A DNA stretch of 61,859 bases. Source: a virus (lineage: Duplodnaviria > Caudoviricetes). Location of the stretch: IMG/VR virus record IMGVR_UViG_3300045120_000341, positions 1 through 61,859 of that record, one strand, 5' to 3'. This document shows, one piece after another, positions 18,062 through 27,557 of the stretch; within the stretch, counting starts at the first letter, position 1; every line of letters begins with the position of its first letter. Under the pieces are notes generated by a model, which had not been told where the DNA came from, made no database searches, and saw only the letters and a list, made by a program, of their open reading frames with translations. Both the position numbers and the translations under genes were made by a program.

Positions 18062-19651
18062 ATGCTGGCGACATTGTACAAGGACCGCGGCAAGGCGGTT
18101 CCCCTGACCGACGCCGAGGAGGCGGCCCGGCGTGCGAACGCGCCGGCCGTCCGGCTACTCACCAGCACGTTCCGCCGCGACCCGCCCGGCCCCGCGACCG
18201 ATAACCGGCTCGCCCAGTCGCAGCACTTCACCGGCGTCCTGTACCTGGCGAACTGCGCCGTCGGCACGGCGATGGCGGGCTCGACTTTGCGGGTGATGAA
18301 GCGGAACCAGCAGCCGGTATTCAAGTCGAAGAAGGCCCGGCGGCTGGCTCGGATCGTCCGCAAGTCGAAGGGCCCGCTGGCGAATACGGAACACCACGAC
18401 GACGATCTGATCGAGGCCCCGCGCACCGATCGGTTCGTGCAGCTCTTCGACCACGTCAATGAGACGGAGACCATCTCGGACTTACTCACGGCTTGGGTGA
18501 TCCAGCAGGGCCAGACTGGCACGGCGTTCCTGTGGTGCCGGCCGAGCCAGTTGGGGTATGCGGCCCCGCCGTCGGAGTTCTACGTGCTGCCGACGGCGCT
18601 CATGTCGCCGATGTACGAGGGCGCGAGTCTGAACCCGGAAGGTGCGTATCCCTACGGCGCGTGGCGGCTGGCCCCGTACTATCCCGGCGGCGCGTTCGCG
18701 GACGTTCTCGGCCTGGGTGGCGGCTCGAATCTCGGCGTCATCCTGGACGGCCGGGAGATCAAACGACACCGGCTCTATCACCCCCTGTACCGGTGGGATG
18801 GCTATTCGCCGCTGACGGCGGCCGGCGTGGAGTTCGACGTCGTCGAGGCGATTTCGCAGTCGTGGAAGGCGGCGATGGACCATGGGTTCCGGCCCGACGG
18901 CATCGCGACGATCAAGGGCGCGAGTCCGGAGGTGCTCGAAACCATCTCGGCGAAGTTCCAGCAGGACTTTTCGGGCAGCCGGAACGCGAACCGGCTCGCG
19001 TTCACGAACGGCGAGGGCGTGCAGTTCGACAAGTTCTTCACCGAGCCGCGGCAGATGGATTACGACAAGGCGTGGGACCAGATGGTCAAGTTCGCACTGG
19101 CGGTCCTGGGGGTTCCCCCCGCCGTGGCGGGCATCGTCGAGGCGAGCAGCTATTCGCAGTTGTTCGCGAGTCTCAAGCAGTTCTACACGAACACGCTCGG
19201 CCCGAAGGCGCGGAGTATCTCGCAATTCCTGACGAAGCAGGTCGTGTACCCGTACGAGAAGGACACGCTTGTCCAGATCAGTGTGCCGGAGATCGATGAC
19301 AAGGATTTCGACCTGAAGAAGCAGGATTTACTGGCCAAGTATTCCGCCGTGACGGTGAACGAGTTGCGCGGCTGGGCGGGCAAGGACGACGTCGAGGGCG
19401 GCGACGAGCTGATCGGTAAGGAGGCGATGCAGCCGGGCGGCGACGCCGAGTCGCAGATGGCGGAACTGCTCGGACAGGGCGGCGGCCCGGGTGGCGTGGA
19501 CGGTGGCGCCGGGGCAGGTGGGAGTGCTGGCGGCATGGGACAGTCGCAAGCGCCCGGCGGCCCGTCGAAGCCGGGGAACGCGGCGGGTCAGGGGAGTCTG
19601 CCGGGGAAGTTGTCGAAGTCACTTCGTGCCCTTGTCGAATCGCTGGGGTAA
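18062..19651 (+). CDS. Portal protein (HK97-type)
   Basis: G.SPL, LGVPP, TVNELR..GGD motifs. Leaderless ATG lies 7 nt after the -10 of a late-promoter motif. Confidence 0.9.
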   Translation: MLATLYKDRGKAVPLTDAEEAARRANAPAVRLLTSTFRRDPPGPATDNRLAQSQHFTGVLYLANCAVGTAMAGSTLRVMKRNQQPVFKSKKARRLARIVRKSKGPLANTEHHDDDLIEAPRTDRFVQLFDHVNETETISDLLTAWVIQQGQTGTAFLWCRPSQLGYAAPPSEFYVLPTALMSPMYEGASLNPEGAYPYGAWRLAPYYPGGAFADVLGLGGGSNLGVILDGREIKRHRLYHPLYRWDGYSPLTAAGVEFDVVEAISQSWKAAMDHGFRPDGIATIKGASPEVLETISAKFQQDFSGSRNANRLAFTNGEGVQFDKFFTEPRQMDYDKAWDQMVKFALAVLGVPPAVAGIVEASSYSQLFASLKQFYTNTLGPKARSISQFLTKQVVYPYEKDTLVQISVPEIDDKDFDLKKQDLLAKYSAVTVNELRGWAGKDDVEGGDELIGKEAMQPGGDAESQMAELLGQGGGPGGVDGGAGAGGSAGGMGQSQAPGGPSKPGNAAGQGSLPGKLSKSLRALVESLG

Positions 19652-19654
19652 CGC

Positions 19655-19807
19655 ATGGACATCGAACCGACGACGTACGCCGAACTAGAGCAGCTTTACG
19701 ACATGAAGGTCGTGGAGCTTGAGGAAATGAATCGCCGGTTCAATCTTGGCGAGGCGGATGTGAACGAAGTCCGAGTCTTCCTCGGCTTGTCTCCATTGCC
19801 GGGGTAG
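19655..19807 (+). CDS. 50-aa protein resembling the portal C-terminal motif
   Basis: MDIEPTTY...DVNEVRVFLGLSPLPG fills the gap between portal and the large gene exactly. Confidence 0.55.
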   Translation: MDIEPTTYAELEQLYDMKVVELEEMNRRFNLGEADVNEVRVFLGLSPLPG

Positions 19808-19810
19808 CCC

Positions 19811-22800
19811 ATGTCCAGCCCCGATGTCCTCGACGAGATCGAGCGGGCCGTCCGCGACGCTTATGCGAAGGGCCGGCGGGACGCCGTGGTCGGCCTGAAG
19901 ATCGCGGCGGAATTGAACGGTTCGCTGCCGTCGGTCTTGTCGGCCGTGGTCGACCCGTCCCGCGAAGAGCGAATCAACAAGGCGTACATCGAGTCGCAGC
20001 ATCCCCGCGACCGCACGGGACGATGGATCGACAAGGCGGACATTGACCGGCTCGCGCACTCGCCGGAAGGGGTCCAGCACCTGCTCGCCATTACCCGGCC
20101 GTCGGACCGGATGGCGATGGTGCGGGCGATCCAGGGCGCGCAGCAGTCGAAGCAGCACGGGATGCCGAACGTCGCGCAGCCGCGGAGCCCGGAGTCGGAG
20201 CACGTCGACGAACAGGGCGCGCCGGGTGAGCGTGGTTCGCCACAACTGGCGAAGACGATCGAGACAGTGGCCCAGGCCCAGAAGCTGATCGCGAACGTGA
20301 AGGAAGGGGCGATGCCGGGCGACCCGGCGCGTCTGGAGCGGATGCTCTCGAAGTTCTTCGAGGGCTTGCCGCCGAAGGTCGTGGACGAGTTCCGGCGTCA
20401 TGCGGGTACGCACGGCGGACATACGCCGGCGAGTCTGGCGAAGTGGGTCGCGGGCGGCGGCGATGTCGCGGGGCCGCCGAAGCCTGCGGCGTTGCCGAAG
20501 AAGCAGAAGGAAGACCCGTTCGGGATGAAGCCGGTCGCTGAGCGTGACAAGCCGTCGGGCAAGCCTGGTGACATGCGGCCGAACGAGGCGCTGGACGACT
20601 TTTTCAGCCGGCCGGCGGAGGCGGCGAAACCGAAAGATCAGCCCCTGCGGCATTCGCCCGACCTCGATGCGGCGATGGGCATGGGATCATCTCCCGCGGC
20701 TACGGGCAAGCCATCGAGTGAGGCGGAGCAGATCAAGGAGCGTGCTGCGGCGTGGCGAAAGAAACAGGCGGAAGAGGAAGCGGCGAAGACGCCCGCGGGG
20801 GCGGAGAAGCCGGCCCCGGAACCGCCGGCGGAAGAGGATAAGCCGAAGCCGACGCGGAAGCCGGTCGAGTTCGGCCCGTGGTCGCCGGACGACCTGCTCG
20901 AAGCCGCGAAGCCGTTGCGGAAAGAGATGGAGGATACGGCGCACGATCCGGAGTCGTTCGTGCGGGCGGCTCACGAGTACGGGACGTGGCTGAAGCAGTT
21001 CTCGCCGGATGAGTTGGATGGGCTGGCGAAGACGCTGGGTGTGGACGGTGCGAAGGGTCCCTTGGCGGTCCTGTCGTCGCGGCTGGCGGTGAAGGCGCTG
21101 GGCCGTGAGCATCCGGGCGAAGGGCATACTGGACTGGTTCGGACGGCGGACGGCGCGGAGACGAAGTATCAGGACGGCGCGGTCGTCACGCACACACCGG
21201 CGGGCGAAGAGAAGCCGGCCCCGACCCCGGAGCAGGCGCCGGCGGACAAGACGGCGGCACTCGACAAGGTCGTGCCGGCCGAACCGCCGCGGGGCGACGA
21301 GGGTTCGCCGGTCGGTGAGATCTCGAAGCACCTGCTGAACCCGAATTCGGCGATGCGGGATCAGGCGGCGGTACGGCAGCGATTGGCGACTCGGTTGAGC
21401 GATCCGGAGCACCTGGCGGCGGTGGCGAAGAAGGTGCTGGGTCGCAACGTCGCGGAACATCTGCCGGTGACGGAACAGCGGGACGTGTTGCTGGACAAGC
21501 TGGCTCGGTTCGCATCGGCGAAGGCGGAGGGGATTCACGGGAAGGTGGCGAAGCCGGCCCCGACCCCGCGTGAGGTGGCGGAACGGCTGAAGGAAGGCCA
21601 CGAGCGGCAGTCGCGTTGGTTGCGTGAATCGCAGGAGGGCAAAGGCCCGTTCGCGGGCAGCAACTTCAGCCAGAACGCGCTCGCTCAGAAGAACAACCGG
21701 GAGAGTCGGGCGTGGTTCGGCAAGCAGATGAAGGAGCACCTGAAGAAGAACCCGGAACTGGCGGCGGACTACGGGAAGTACGCGGGTGCGGAAGACGCGA
21801 ACCCGCCGGCGGCGAAGGAGACCGTAGAGCCGACCGCAAAGCGCCCGGTTCCGGGCCACAACGTCACGCAAACGCATATCGATGCGTGGAAGAAGCAGAT
21901 GCTGGATTTCAATTACTCCCCGGCGGAGGTGGACGAAGCAGAACGGATGGCAAAGAAGCGCGGCATTGATCCGACACGATCCGACGACCTTGAATCGCTC
22001 GATGCCTACATGACGTCGATTGAGAATTCCGCGAAGGAAGACCACGGGATGACGGACGCGGAGATCGAAGCGCATCCACAGTTGGAAACGCATGTCAAGC
22101 AGAAGGACGAAGAAGCTCGGCAGCGGGAGAAAGCGGCCGAGTCGAATCCCGCACCAACACCTCCCGCCCGCGAGCCCGGCGACGAGACCCCGGAATCCCT
22201 CGTCGGGCAACCTGACGAACCGAAACCATCTGGCGGCGTCACACTCGGCAAGGGCGAACCGGGCGGCAAGCGGATCGACGGTCGCCAACTGACGAAGCAC
22301 GTCATCTACGGCCCCGACGGCAAGGAGGGCGGGCACGTCAACGTCCACCAGTCCGGCGGGACGCTGCACGTCGACTGGGGCGGTCTGAAGGGCGCGGGGG
22401 CGACGGACAAGGAGGCGAAGGGCGCGGCGGGCGCGAAGAACGTCATCGGGGCGATTACGGCGCTGGCAAAGGAGTACCCGGACGCGGTGGCCGCGACGTG
22501 GACGCCGGCAGAGGGCCGGCTGAACGCGGGCGAAGCAAAATGGATGGACCTGGAGAAAGTGCGGCAGCGGGCCGCACGGGGTCAGGAACCGCCGGTGCCG
22601 TCGGAAGTCTCGCCGACCGCGGCTACGGAAGAGCACGCGCCGGGCGGTGAAGCTCCCGGCGTGACGGATACCGGGACACTGAAGCCGCGTCGGGGCGAGG
22701 GTGCGCTGACGGCCCGTCGGCAAGGCAAGAAGTTCGCGGTCCAGTGGGAGACGCCGGAGGGCGAGTTAAGGCACTCGCTGCACACGTCGGAGGAGGACGC

Positions 22801-24184
22801 GAAGCTCCAGCATGAAATCATGTCCCGTGATAAGGACGTCGCGCCGGGGACAGCGAAGATTATCAAGCCGGGCGAACTTAAGACCCCGCAGAAGAAGCGT
22901 GAGTACCTGTCGAAGAACCCGAAGATCCGGGCCGGTACGCTGGCCGACGCGGTCCGGCGGTACGGCGGTCTGGACCCAGACGCCTACGAGCGTACGTTCG
23001 GGTCGGTGAAGGAGGCGATCGAGAACGGGGTGCCGGCGAGCGTATTCAAGAACAAGCAGGGGAGCAAGGGGAATCAGCACCTCGATACGCTGGCAAAGGA
23101 ACTGAAGGAGACGGGCGATTTGTCGCAGCACGGCGACGACGTCCACGAGCATTATCACTTGATGGACGAGTTGACGGCGGGTAAATTAACACCGGAAGGT
23201 GCGGCGAGGCATCACGAGCAGTTGTTGCGGGACTTTGAACGGGAGCAGCAGGCGGCCCATGTCGAAGAACAGCGACGGAAAGACGAAGGACTCGACGTAC
23301 ACTCCCCCGCCGAGATTGGCGAGGCTGCATCTGGCGGCGAAGCGGCTGAAGGCGTTCGAGGCGAAGTTGGCGGCGCACCGGAAGGCGAAGGCGGAAAGCA
23401 AGTAGAGTCGGACACGTCCGGCGGTCAGAAGAATCTCCTCGTCGAAACACTCCCCAAGACGTTCACCGCGAACCGTGGCACTCAGTTGTCGCTCGACGAC
23501 GCGCACCGCGAGCGGGACCGTACGGGCGAGCCGCAGCCGGAGATGGGCACGGCGGCGGACATGGGGGCGGAAGACAAGGGGACGCTGTTCGCGCCGGAGA
23601 ACGCGGCACCGACTCCGGCCCTCGAACCTTGGCAACAAACCAAAGAGGAGTACGCCAAGACGTCCGGCAAGCGGCTCCCCGAGACGTTCAGCCACTTCCC
23701 CGAGCACCGTGAGTCGATCGCGGACGCGCTCAAGGCCGGCAAGCCGGTCCCGACGGAGGTCCGCACGCAATACCTGAAGGAACTCGCGCAGGAGGGCGCG
23801 AACGTACACGGCGGGACGCGCGGCAAGCCGCTCATGTCCGGGAGCGAGTTGCCGTCTGCTTCGGGGCCCGGCCCATCGCCCGGCCCGTACAACCTCAACC
23901 CGCGTCCCTTGTCGCCGCACCTGCTCATGGGCGAGGACACGCGGACGGCTCTAAGGGGGCTGGTCGACCCGCACGAGGTGAGCGGGAACCTGTTCCCGTA
24001 CAAGCAGGAGTTGCGTGACCTAGGTGGCCGGTACGACCGCAAGCGGCGGGTGTGGTACATACCGGGCGAGAGTGTGCCGAAGCTGACGGGCAAGGTCGCG
24101 GTGCGGCCTGTGTATGGGAAGCCGGACGTGGCGAAGTCCTTCGCGGCCGGCTATGCTGATCAGGTGGAGGCACTGACCGTATGA
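19811..24184 (+). CDS. Large polyvalent / internal virion protein (MuF position)
   Basis: 1457 aa between portal and protease; ESQHPRDRTGRW, PWQQTKEEY..GKPVP, GNAT-like segment, DUF5710-like C-terminus. Confidence 0.75.
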   Translation: MSSPDVLDEIERAVRDAYAKGRRDAVVGLKIAAELNGSLPSVLSAVVDPSREERINKAYIESQHPRDRTGRWIDKADIDRLAHSPEGVQHLLAITRPSDRMAMVRAIQGAQQSKQHGMPNVAQPRSPESEHVDEQGAPGERGSPQLAKTIETVAQAQKLIANVKEGAMPGDPARLERMLSKFFEGLPPKVVDEFRRHAGTHGGHTPASLAKWVAGGGDVAGPPKPAALPKKQKEDPFGMKPVAERDKPSGKPGDMRPNEALDDFFSRPAEAAKPKDQPLRHSPDLDAAMGMGSSPAATGKPSSEAEQIKERAAAWRKKQAEEEAAKTPAGAEKPAPEPPAEEDKPKPTRKPVEFGPWSPDDLLEAAKPLRKEMEDTAHDPESFVRAAHEYGTWLKQFSPDELDGLAKTLGVDGAKGPLAVLSSRLAVKALGREHPGEGHTGLVRTADGAETKYQDGAVVTHTPAGEEKPAPTPEQAPADKTAALDKVVPAEPPRGDEGSPVGEISKHLLNPNSAMRDQAAVRQRLATRLSDPEHLAAVAKKVLGRNVAEHLPVTEQRDVLLDKLARFASAKAEGIHGKVAKPAPTPREVAERLKEGHERQSRWLRESQEGKGPFAGSNFSQNALAQKNNRESRAWFGKQMKEHLKKNPELAADYGKYAGAEDANPPAAKETVEPTAKRPVPGHNVTQTHIDAWKKQMLDFNYSPAEVDEAERMAKKRGIDPTRSDDLESLDAYMTSIENSAKEDHGMTDAEIEAHPQLETHVKQKDEEARQREKAAESNPAPTPPAREPGDETPESLVGQPDEPKPSGGVTLGKGEPGGKRIDGRQLTKHVIYGPDGKEGGHVNVHQSGGTLHVDWGGLKGAGATDKEAKGAAGAKNVIGAITALAKEYPDAVAATWTPAEGRLNAGEAKWMDLEKVRQRAARGQEPPVPSEVSPTAATEEHAPGGEAPGVTDTGTLKPRRGEGALTARRQGKKFAVQWETPEGELRHSLHTSEEDAKLQHEIMSRDKDVAPGTAKIIKPGELKTPQKKREYLSKNPKIRAGTLADAVRRYGGLDPDAYERTFGSVKEAIENGVPASVFKNKQGSKGNQHLDTLAKELKETGDLSQHGDDVHEHYHLMDELTAGKLTPEGAARHHEQLLRDFEREQQAAHVEEQRRKDEGLDVHSPAEIGEAASGGEAAEGVRGEVGGAPEGEGGKQVESDTSGGQKNLLVETLPKTFTANRGTQLSLDDAHRERDRTGEPQPEMGTAADMGAEDKGTLFAPENAAPTPALEPWQQTKEEYAKTSGKRLPETFSHFPEHRESIADALKAGKPVPTEVRTQYLKELAQEGANVHGGTRGKPLMSGSELPSASGPGPSPGPYNLNPRPLSPHLLMGEDTRTALRGLVDPHEVSGNLFPYKQELRDLGGRYDRKRRVWYIPGESVPKLTGKVAVRPVYGKPDVAKSFAAGYADQVEALTV

Positions 24185-24312
24185 TGACAGTGAATTGGAA
24201 TCCGCCTCGTCCTAGTCTTGGCGAATGGCTTTTGATCAACGTCGTGTTTCCGGCGGCGATAGGCGGTTTTGTTGGGGCATTCTTGTCTCCGTGGATCAGG
24301 AGCCATTTATGA
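24181..24312 (+). CDS. 43-aa membrane protein
   Basis: ATGA overlaps at both ends; one TM helix. Confidence 0.5.
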   Translation: MMTVNWNPPRPSLGEWLLINVVFPAAIGGFVGAFLSPWIRSHL

Positions 24313-24485
24313 CCCCCGTCGAGAAAGCCCGTGTCGTCGAACTCGCGATACTGGACACGGCCCGGTACGGCGAACCGGGCGACGTGGAGAAACTGATTCA
24401 GCATCTGAGGGATAACCCGAACGCGGTGGAGGAGCTGGCGAAGGAGCAGGACGAAAAATCAGGGGGCGACAATGGAACCACTTGA
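24309..24485 (+). CDS. Small protein with N-terminal VEKA motif
   Basis: RBS AGGAG; ATGA overlap. Confidence 0.55.
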   Translation: MTPVEKARVVELAILDTARYGEPGDVEKLIQHLRDNPNAVEELAKEQDEKSGGDNGTT

Positions 24486-24711
24486 ATTCAATGGCGGCCC
24501 GCTTGACGGCCTGAAGCTACTTCTTCCGCCGACAGAAGAAATCGTTCCCGCCGAGATACAAGACTTGTTGACTGGCGAGAGTCACACGGTATTTGAGGAC
24601 CAATTACCGGACGGACGGACGGTGTATCGGCATTATCACACCAAGCCCGGCGAAGAAATGAAGTACGAACGCACATCGTTCATTCACCCCGACGAAGATC
24701 CGGGCATTTAA
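24472..24711 (+). CDS. Small GGPxDG-motif protein
   Basis: LEFNGGPLDG. Confidence 0.65.
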   Translation: MEPLEFNGGPLDGLKLLLPPTEEIVPAEIQDLLTGESHTVFEDQLPDGRTVYRHYHTKPGEEMKYERTSFIHPDEDPGI

Positions 24712-24715
24712 GGTA

Positions 24716-24738
24716 GTTCCCCCCTCCGCCCCCATTCT
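24716..24738 (+). promoter_or_regulatory. Late promoter motif (protease, leaderless)
   Basis: GTTCCCCC-N9-CATTCT-6nt-ATG. Confidence 0.7.
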
Positions 24739-24744
24739 GGGGGC

Positions 24745-26052
24745 ATGGCGGATTCGCTCCCCCCGACGTGGTCTGAAGAACTCAAGGCGACCAAAGCCGA
24801 CGCGCACGGCGCCCGGCTCTACTCATCCTTCGGCGGCGTCGCGGTCCAGTTCGGCACGGTCCGGAAGGCCGTGGCGTGCGACCCGAAGACGCTCAAGATT
24901 ACGCACGTCATCTGCACGGCGCTTGAAGACAAGCAACAGGATGTCATCGAGCCGGGCGGGGCCGACCTTTCCTATCACCGCGATCACCCGTTCGTCTACT
25001 ACGACCACGGGCAGGGCGATTACACGCTCCCCGTGGCCAAGTCCACCGACCCGGGCGGGAATTACTCCGTCCGCATGGTCGGCGACCGACTCCTGGCCGA
25101 CACGTTCTTCGCCCCGACGAAGATGGGCGAGGACCTGTTCCGCCTGTACGAGTCGGACATTCTGAACGGCTGGTCCGTGGGCATGGTGCCGCGGAACGAG
25201 CCCGGCGCGTATTCGCCGCTCGGGCCGGTGAGCAAGAGTCTCGGCCGGCCGCCGATGCACTTCCGTGACTGGCAGCTCCTCGAATACTCCGCGACGCCGG
25301 CGCCGGTCAACCCGGAAGCCCTGACCATTCTCGTCGAGAAGGGGCGGCTGGCCGGCGTGCCACTCGACCCCGTCATCCTCAAGTCACTTCGGCCGTTCGC
25401 GGCCTTGAACCGCACGGCTTCCGTCGTGGTTCCCCCGAACCCGCTCATCATCACGCCATCGCGGGGAGTAACGAAGGCCATGTCCGCAGCAAACATGATG
25501 TCGCAGAACATGGGGCCGGACTCGGACGCGGCCCAGACCGGCCCATCGATGCCGACTCCGACCGCCAAGCACTCCTACGACGGTGCGCAGGGCGTCTCCG
25601 ACATTGCGGACCACATCGAACAGGGCCTGTCGCAGTGCGAGCACGCGAAGGGCAAGAAGCGGCTCAAGAAGATCCTCGACGACCTCCGGGCGGCGGTGAA
25701 CGAGCTGAAGGCCAACGGCGACATGGTCGGCGCCGACCTCGACGACAAGCCCGACGAGCAGGACGCGATGGTCGACGAGCCGGAGCCGGTCTCCAAGTCC
25801 GAAACCGGACTCATCCTCATCACGAAGGCCAGCTACGCGCCGAAGCGCTGGACCACGCGGGACGTGGCCGAAGCGCTCGCGGCCGACGGCGTCTCGACCA
25901 ACCCGAACACGCCCCCGGCTTCGGAGATTCGCAAGGGCCGCAAGGAGCGGGAGGCGGAGAAGGAAGAAGCGCGGCGGGCGAAGGCGCTCGCCGAGTACCA
26001 GGAGAACGTGCGGAAGTTCCCGCAGTTGTTCCCCGCGCTGACCAAGGTTTAG
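24745..26052 (+). CDS. Prohead protease (HK97/S78-like) fused to scaffold-like region
   Basis: D..D.I, YDH, SVG, LLEYSATPAPVNPEA. Confidence 0.88.
   Translation: MADSLPPTWSEELKATKADAHGARLYSSFGGVAVQFGTVRKAVACDPKTLKITHVICTALEDKQQDVIEPGGADLSYHRDHPFVYYDHGQGDYTLPVAKSTDPGGNYSVRMVGDRLLADTFFAPTKMGEDLFRLYESDILNGWSVGMVPRNEPGAYSPLGPVSKSLGRPPMHFRDWQLLEYSATPAPVNPEALTILVEKGRLAGVPLDPVILKSLRPFAALNRTASVVVPPNPLIITPSRGVTKAMSAANMMSQNMGPDSDAAQTGPSMPTPTAKHSYDGAQGVSDIADHIEQGLSQCEHAKGKKRLKKILDDLRAAVNELKANGDMVGADLDDKPDEQDAMVDEPEPVSKSETGLILITKASYAPKRWTTRDVAEALAADGVSTNPNTPPASEIRKGRKEREAEKEEARRAKALAEYQENVRKFPQLFPALTKV
25429..25451 (+). promoter_or_regulatory. Late promoter motif inside the protease gene
   Basis: GTTCCCCC-N9-CATCAT. 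Confidence 0.6.
25480..26052 (+). CDS. Nested in-frame scaffolding protein (proposed)
   Basis: In-frame ATG preceded by GGGGAG/GAAGG and by an internal GTTCCCCC-N9-CATCAT promoter motif. Confidence 0.55.
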   Translation: MSAANMMSQNMGPDSDAAQTGPSMPTPTAKHSYDGAQGVSDIADHIEQGLSQCEHAKGKKRLKKILDDLRAAVNELKANGDMVGADLDDKPDEQDAMVDEPEPVSKSETGLILITKASYAPKRWTTRDVAEALAADGVSTNPNTPPASEIRKGRKEREAEKEEARRAKALAEYQENVRKFPQLFPALTKV

Positions 26053-26074
26053 CCGTCCACACGGAGATTTTGAA

Positions 26075-27514
26075 ATGCCTGCCGTAGCTGACCCGCTCGC
26101 CGCCGTTCCGACGGACGACCTCGTCGCCACGAACGCGGCCATCCGCAAGATGGCGGAAACCCCGGCGGGCACGCTGCCGGCCAGCCTGAACGGGTTCCCC
26201 GCGCAGGGCGGCCCCGGCTCGGGCCGCGGCGAACAAGTCATGAAGTCACGGCCGTTCCGGCTGTCGAAGCTCCTTGGCGTCCTGACGGGCGCCATCGACC
26301 CGGCGGAAGCCAAGTTGGAACTGGAAGTGACCAAGGCGTTCCGGCGCGGCCTGGCGGACACGCAGGGCCTGCACTCGGAAGTCGGGGCCGGGTTCCTGAT
26401 GCCGGTCGCCAAGTCGTTCCTGAAGGACGAGAGCGCCCACCACGAAGCGACCGAAAAGTATTGCGACGTGCTGGCGGCCTCGTTCGGCGAAACGGCGGAC
26501 CGGGACGAGATCGAGTGGAACGCGAAGAACAACGCGAGCGGGACGGTCCGCAAGGCCGCCATGTCGTACCTGAACGACACGATCGGCGGTACGCTGGTCG
26601 CGCCCCCGACGATGGGCGACCTGATCCCGTTGATCCGCAACAAGTCGGCCGTGAACCGGGCCGGCGCGACTCAGGTTCCGCTGCCCCCGAGCGGCAAGTG
26701 GGTCGCCCCGCGGGTGACCGGGCCGAGCACGGGCTACTGGATCACGGAAAACACGGCGATCACCGAGTCGAACCCGACGACCGGCGAAGTGACGATGCAG
26801 GCGAAGAAGAACGCTGTCCTGATCCGCGTGCCGAACGAACTATTCCGGTTCGCCACGGCGTTCTCCGACGCCTTGCTCCGCAACGACATCGTCAAGACGG
26901 TCGCTCTCAACTTCGATTACGACTGCCTGTACGGGCCCGGCGGCGGGCGTCCGAAAGGCATCATCCAGTACACGGGTTCGACCGAACTGTACGACTACGC
27001 GGTCGGGCCGCCGATCCCGTCGGGCGTGGCGACGAACGGCAACGTCCTAAACCCGGAAGACGGCTACCGGATGGCGGCGGCGATCGAGGACCGGTCGTTC
27101 GACATTGAAGGTTTCAAGTGGATCATGCGTGGCAAGATGAAGGGCGCCATCCTGTCCCGGCGTGCGGACGCGGTCACGGCGGCGGACAACAAAGGTCCGT
27201 TCGTCCAGTCGCTGACCAGGGGCGTCGAATATCCGCTCGGCGAGAACTGGTGCGGCTACCCGCTCATCACCTCTTCGCAGGTGCGGAACAACCAGGTCAA
27301 GGGTTCCTCGGGCGCGACGCTCACCGAAGTCTTCGGCGGTGCCTGGGAGCACTTCTTCCAGGGCATTTACGGGGCGATGGAGTTCGCCACGGCCAACCAG
27401 GGCGATACGGCGTTCGCGGCGGACCAGACGCTGGTGCGGGGCATTCTGTTCTGCGACTGCGTGCCGCGATACCCCGGTGCGTTCACGTACTACAAGCAGC
27501 TTCTAATGAGCTGA
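26075..27514 (+). CDS. Major capsid protein (HK97 fold)
   Basis: GGTLVAP, W.TE...I.E, S.ELL-like PNELF, GYP, G.W; N-terminal delta domain ending at VRKA. Confidence 0.92.
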   Translation: MPAVADPLAAVPTDDLVATNAAIRKMAETPAGTLPASLNGFPAQGGPGSGRGEQVMKSRPFRLSKLLGVLTGAIDPAEAKLELEVTKAFRRGLADTQGLHSEVGAGFLMPVAKSFLKDESAHHEATEKYCDVLAASFGETADRDEIEWNAKNNASGTVRKAAMSYLNDTIGGTLVAPPTMGDLIPLIRNKSAVNRAGATQVPLPPSGKWVAPRVTGPSTGYWITENTAITESNPTTGEVTMQAKKNAVLIRVPNELFRFATAFSDALLRNDIVKTVALNFDYDCLYGPGGGRPKGIIQYTGSTELYDYAVGPPIPSGVATNGNVLNPEDGYRMAAAIEDRSFDIEGFKWIMRGKMKGAILSRRADAVTAADNKGPFVQSLTRGVEYPLGENWCGYPLITSSQVRNNQVKGSSGATLTEVFGGAWEHFFQGIYGAMEFATANQGDTAFAADQTLVRGILFCDCVPRYPGAFTYYKQLLMS

Positions 27515-27557
27515 TTCTTGCGGCGGCCCGTCCGCCTGACTTTTACAGGAGACTGGT

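Noticed and set aside
17683-19119. GTTCCCCC at 17683 and 19112 as promoters
   Set aside because: Both lack the A/T hexamer at the fixed spacing.
20687-22723. 678-aa minus-strand ORF and similar long Arg-rich shadow ORFs (e.g. 25384..26643, 19685..20653)
   Set aside because: These are antisense shadows of GC3-rich genes with no recognisable motifs.
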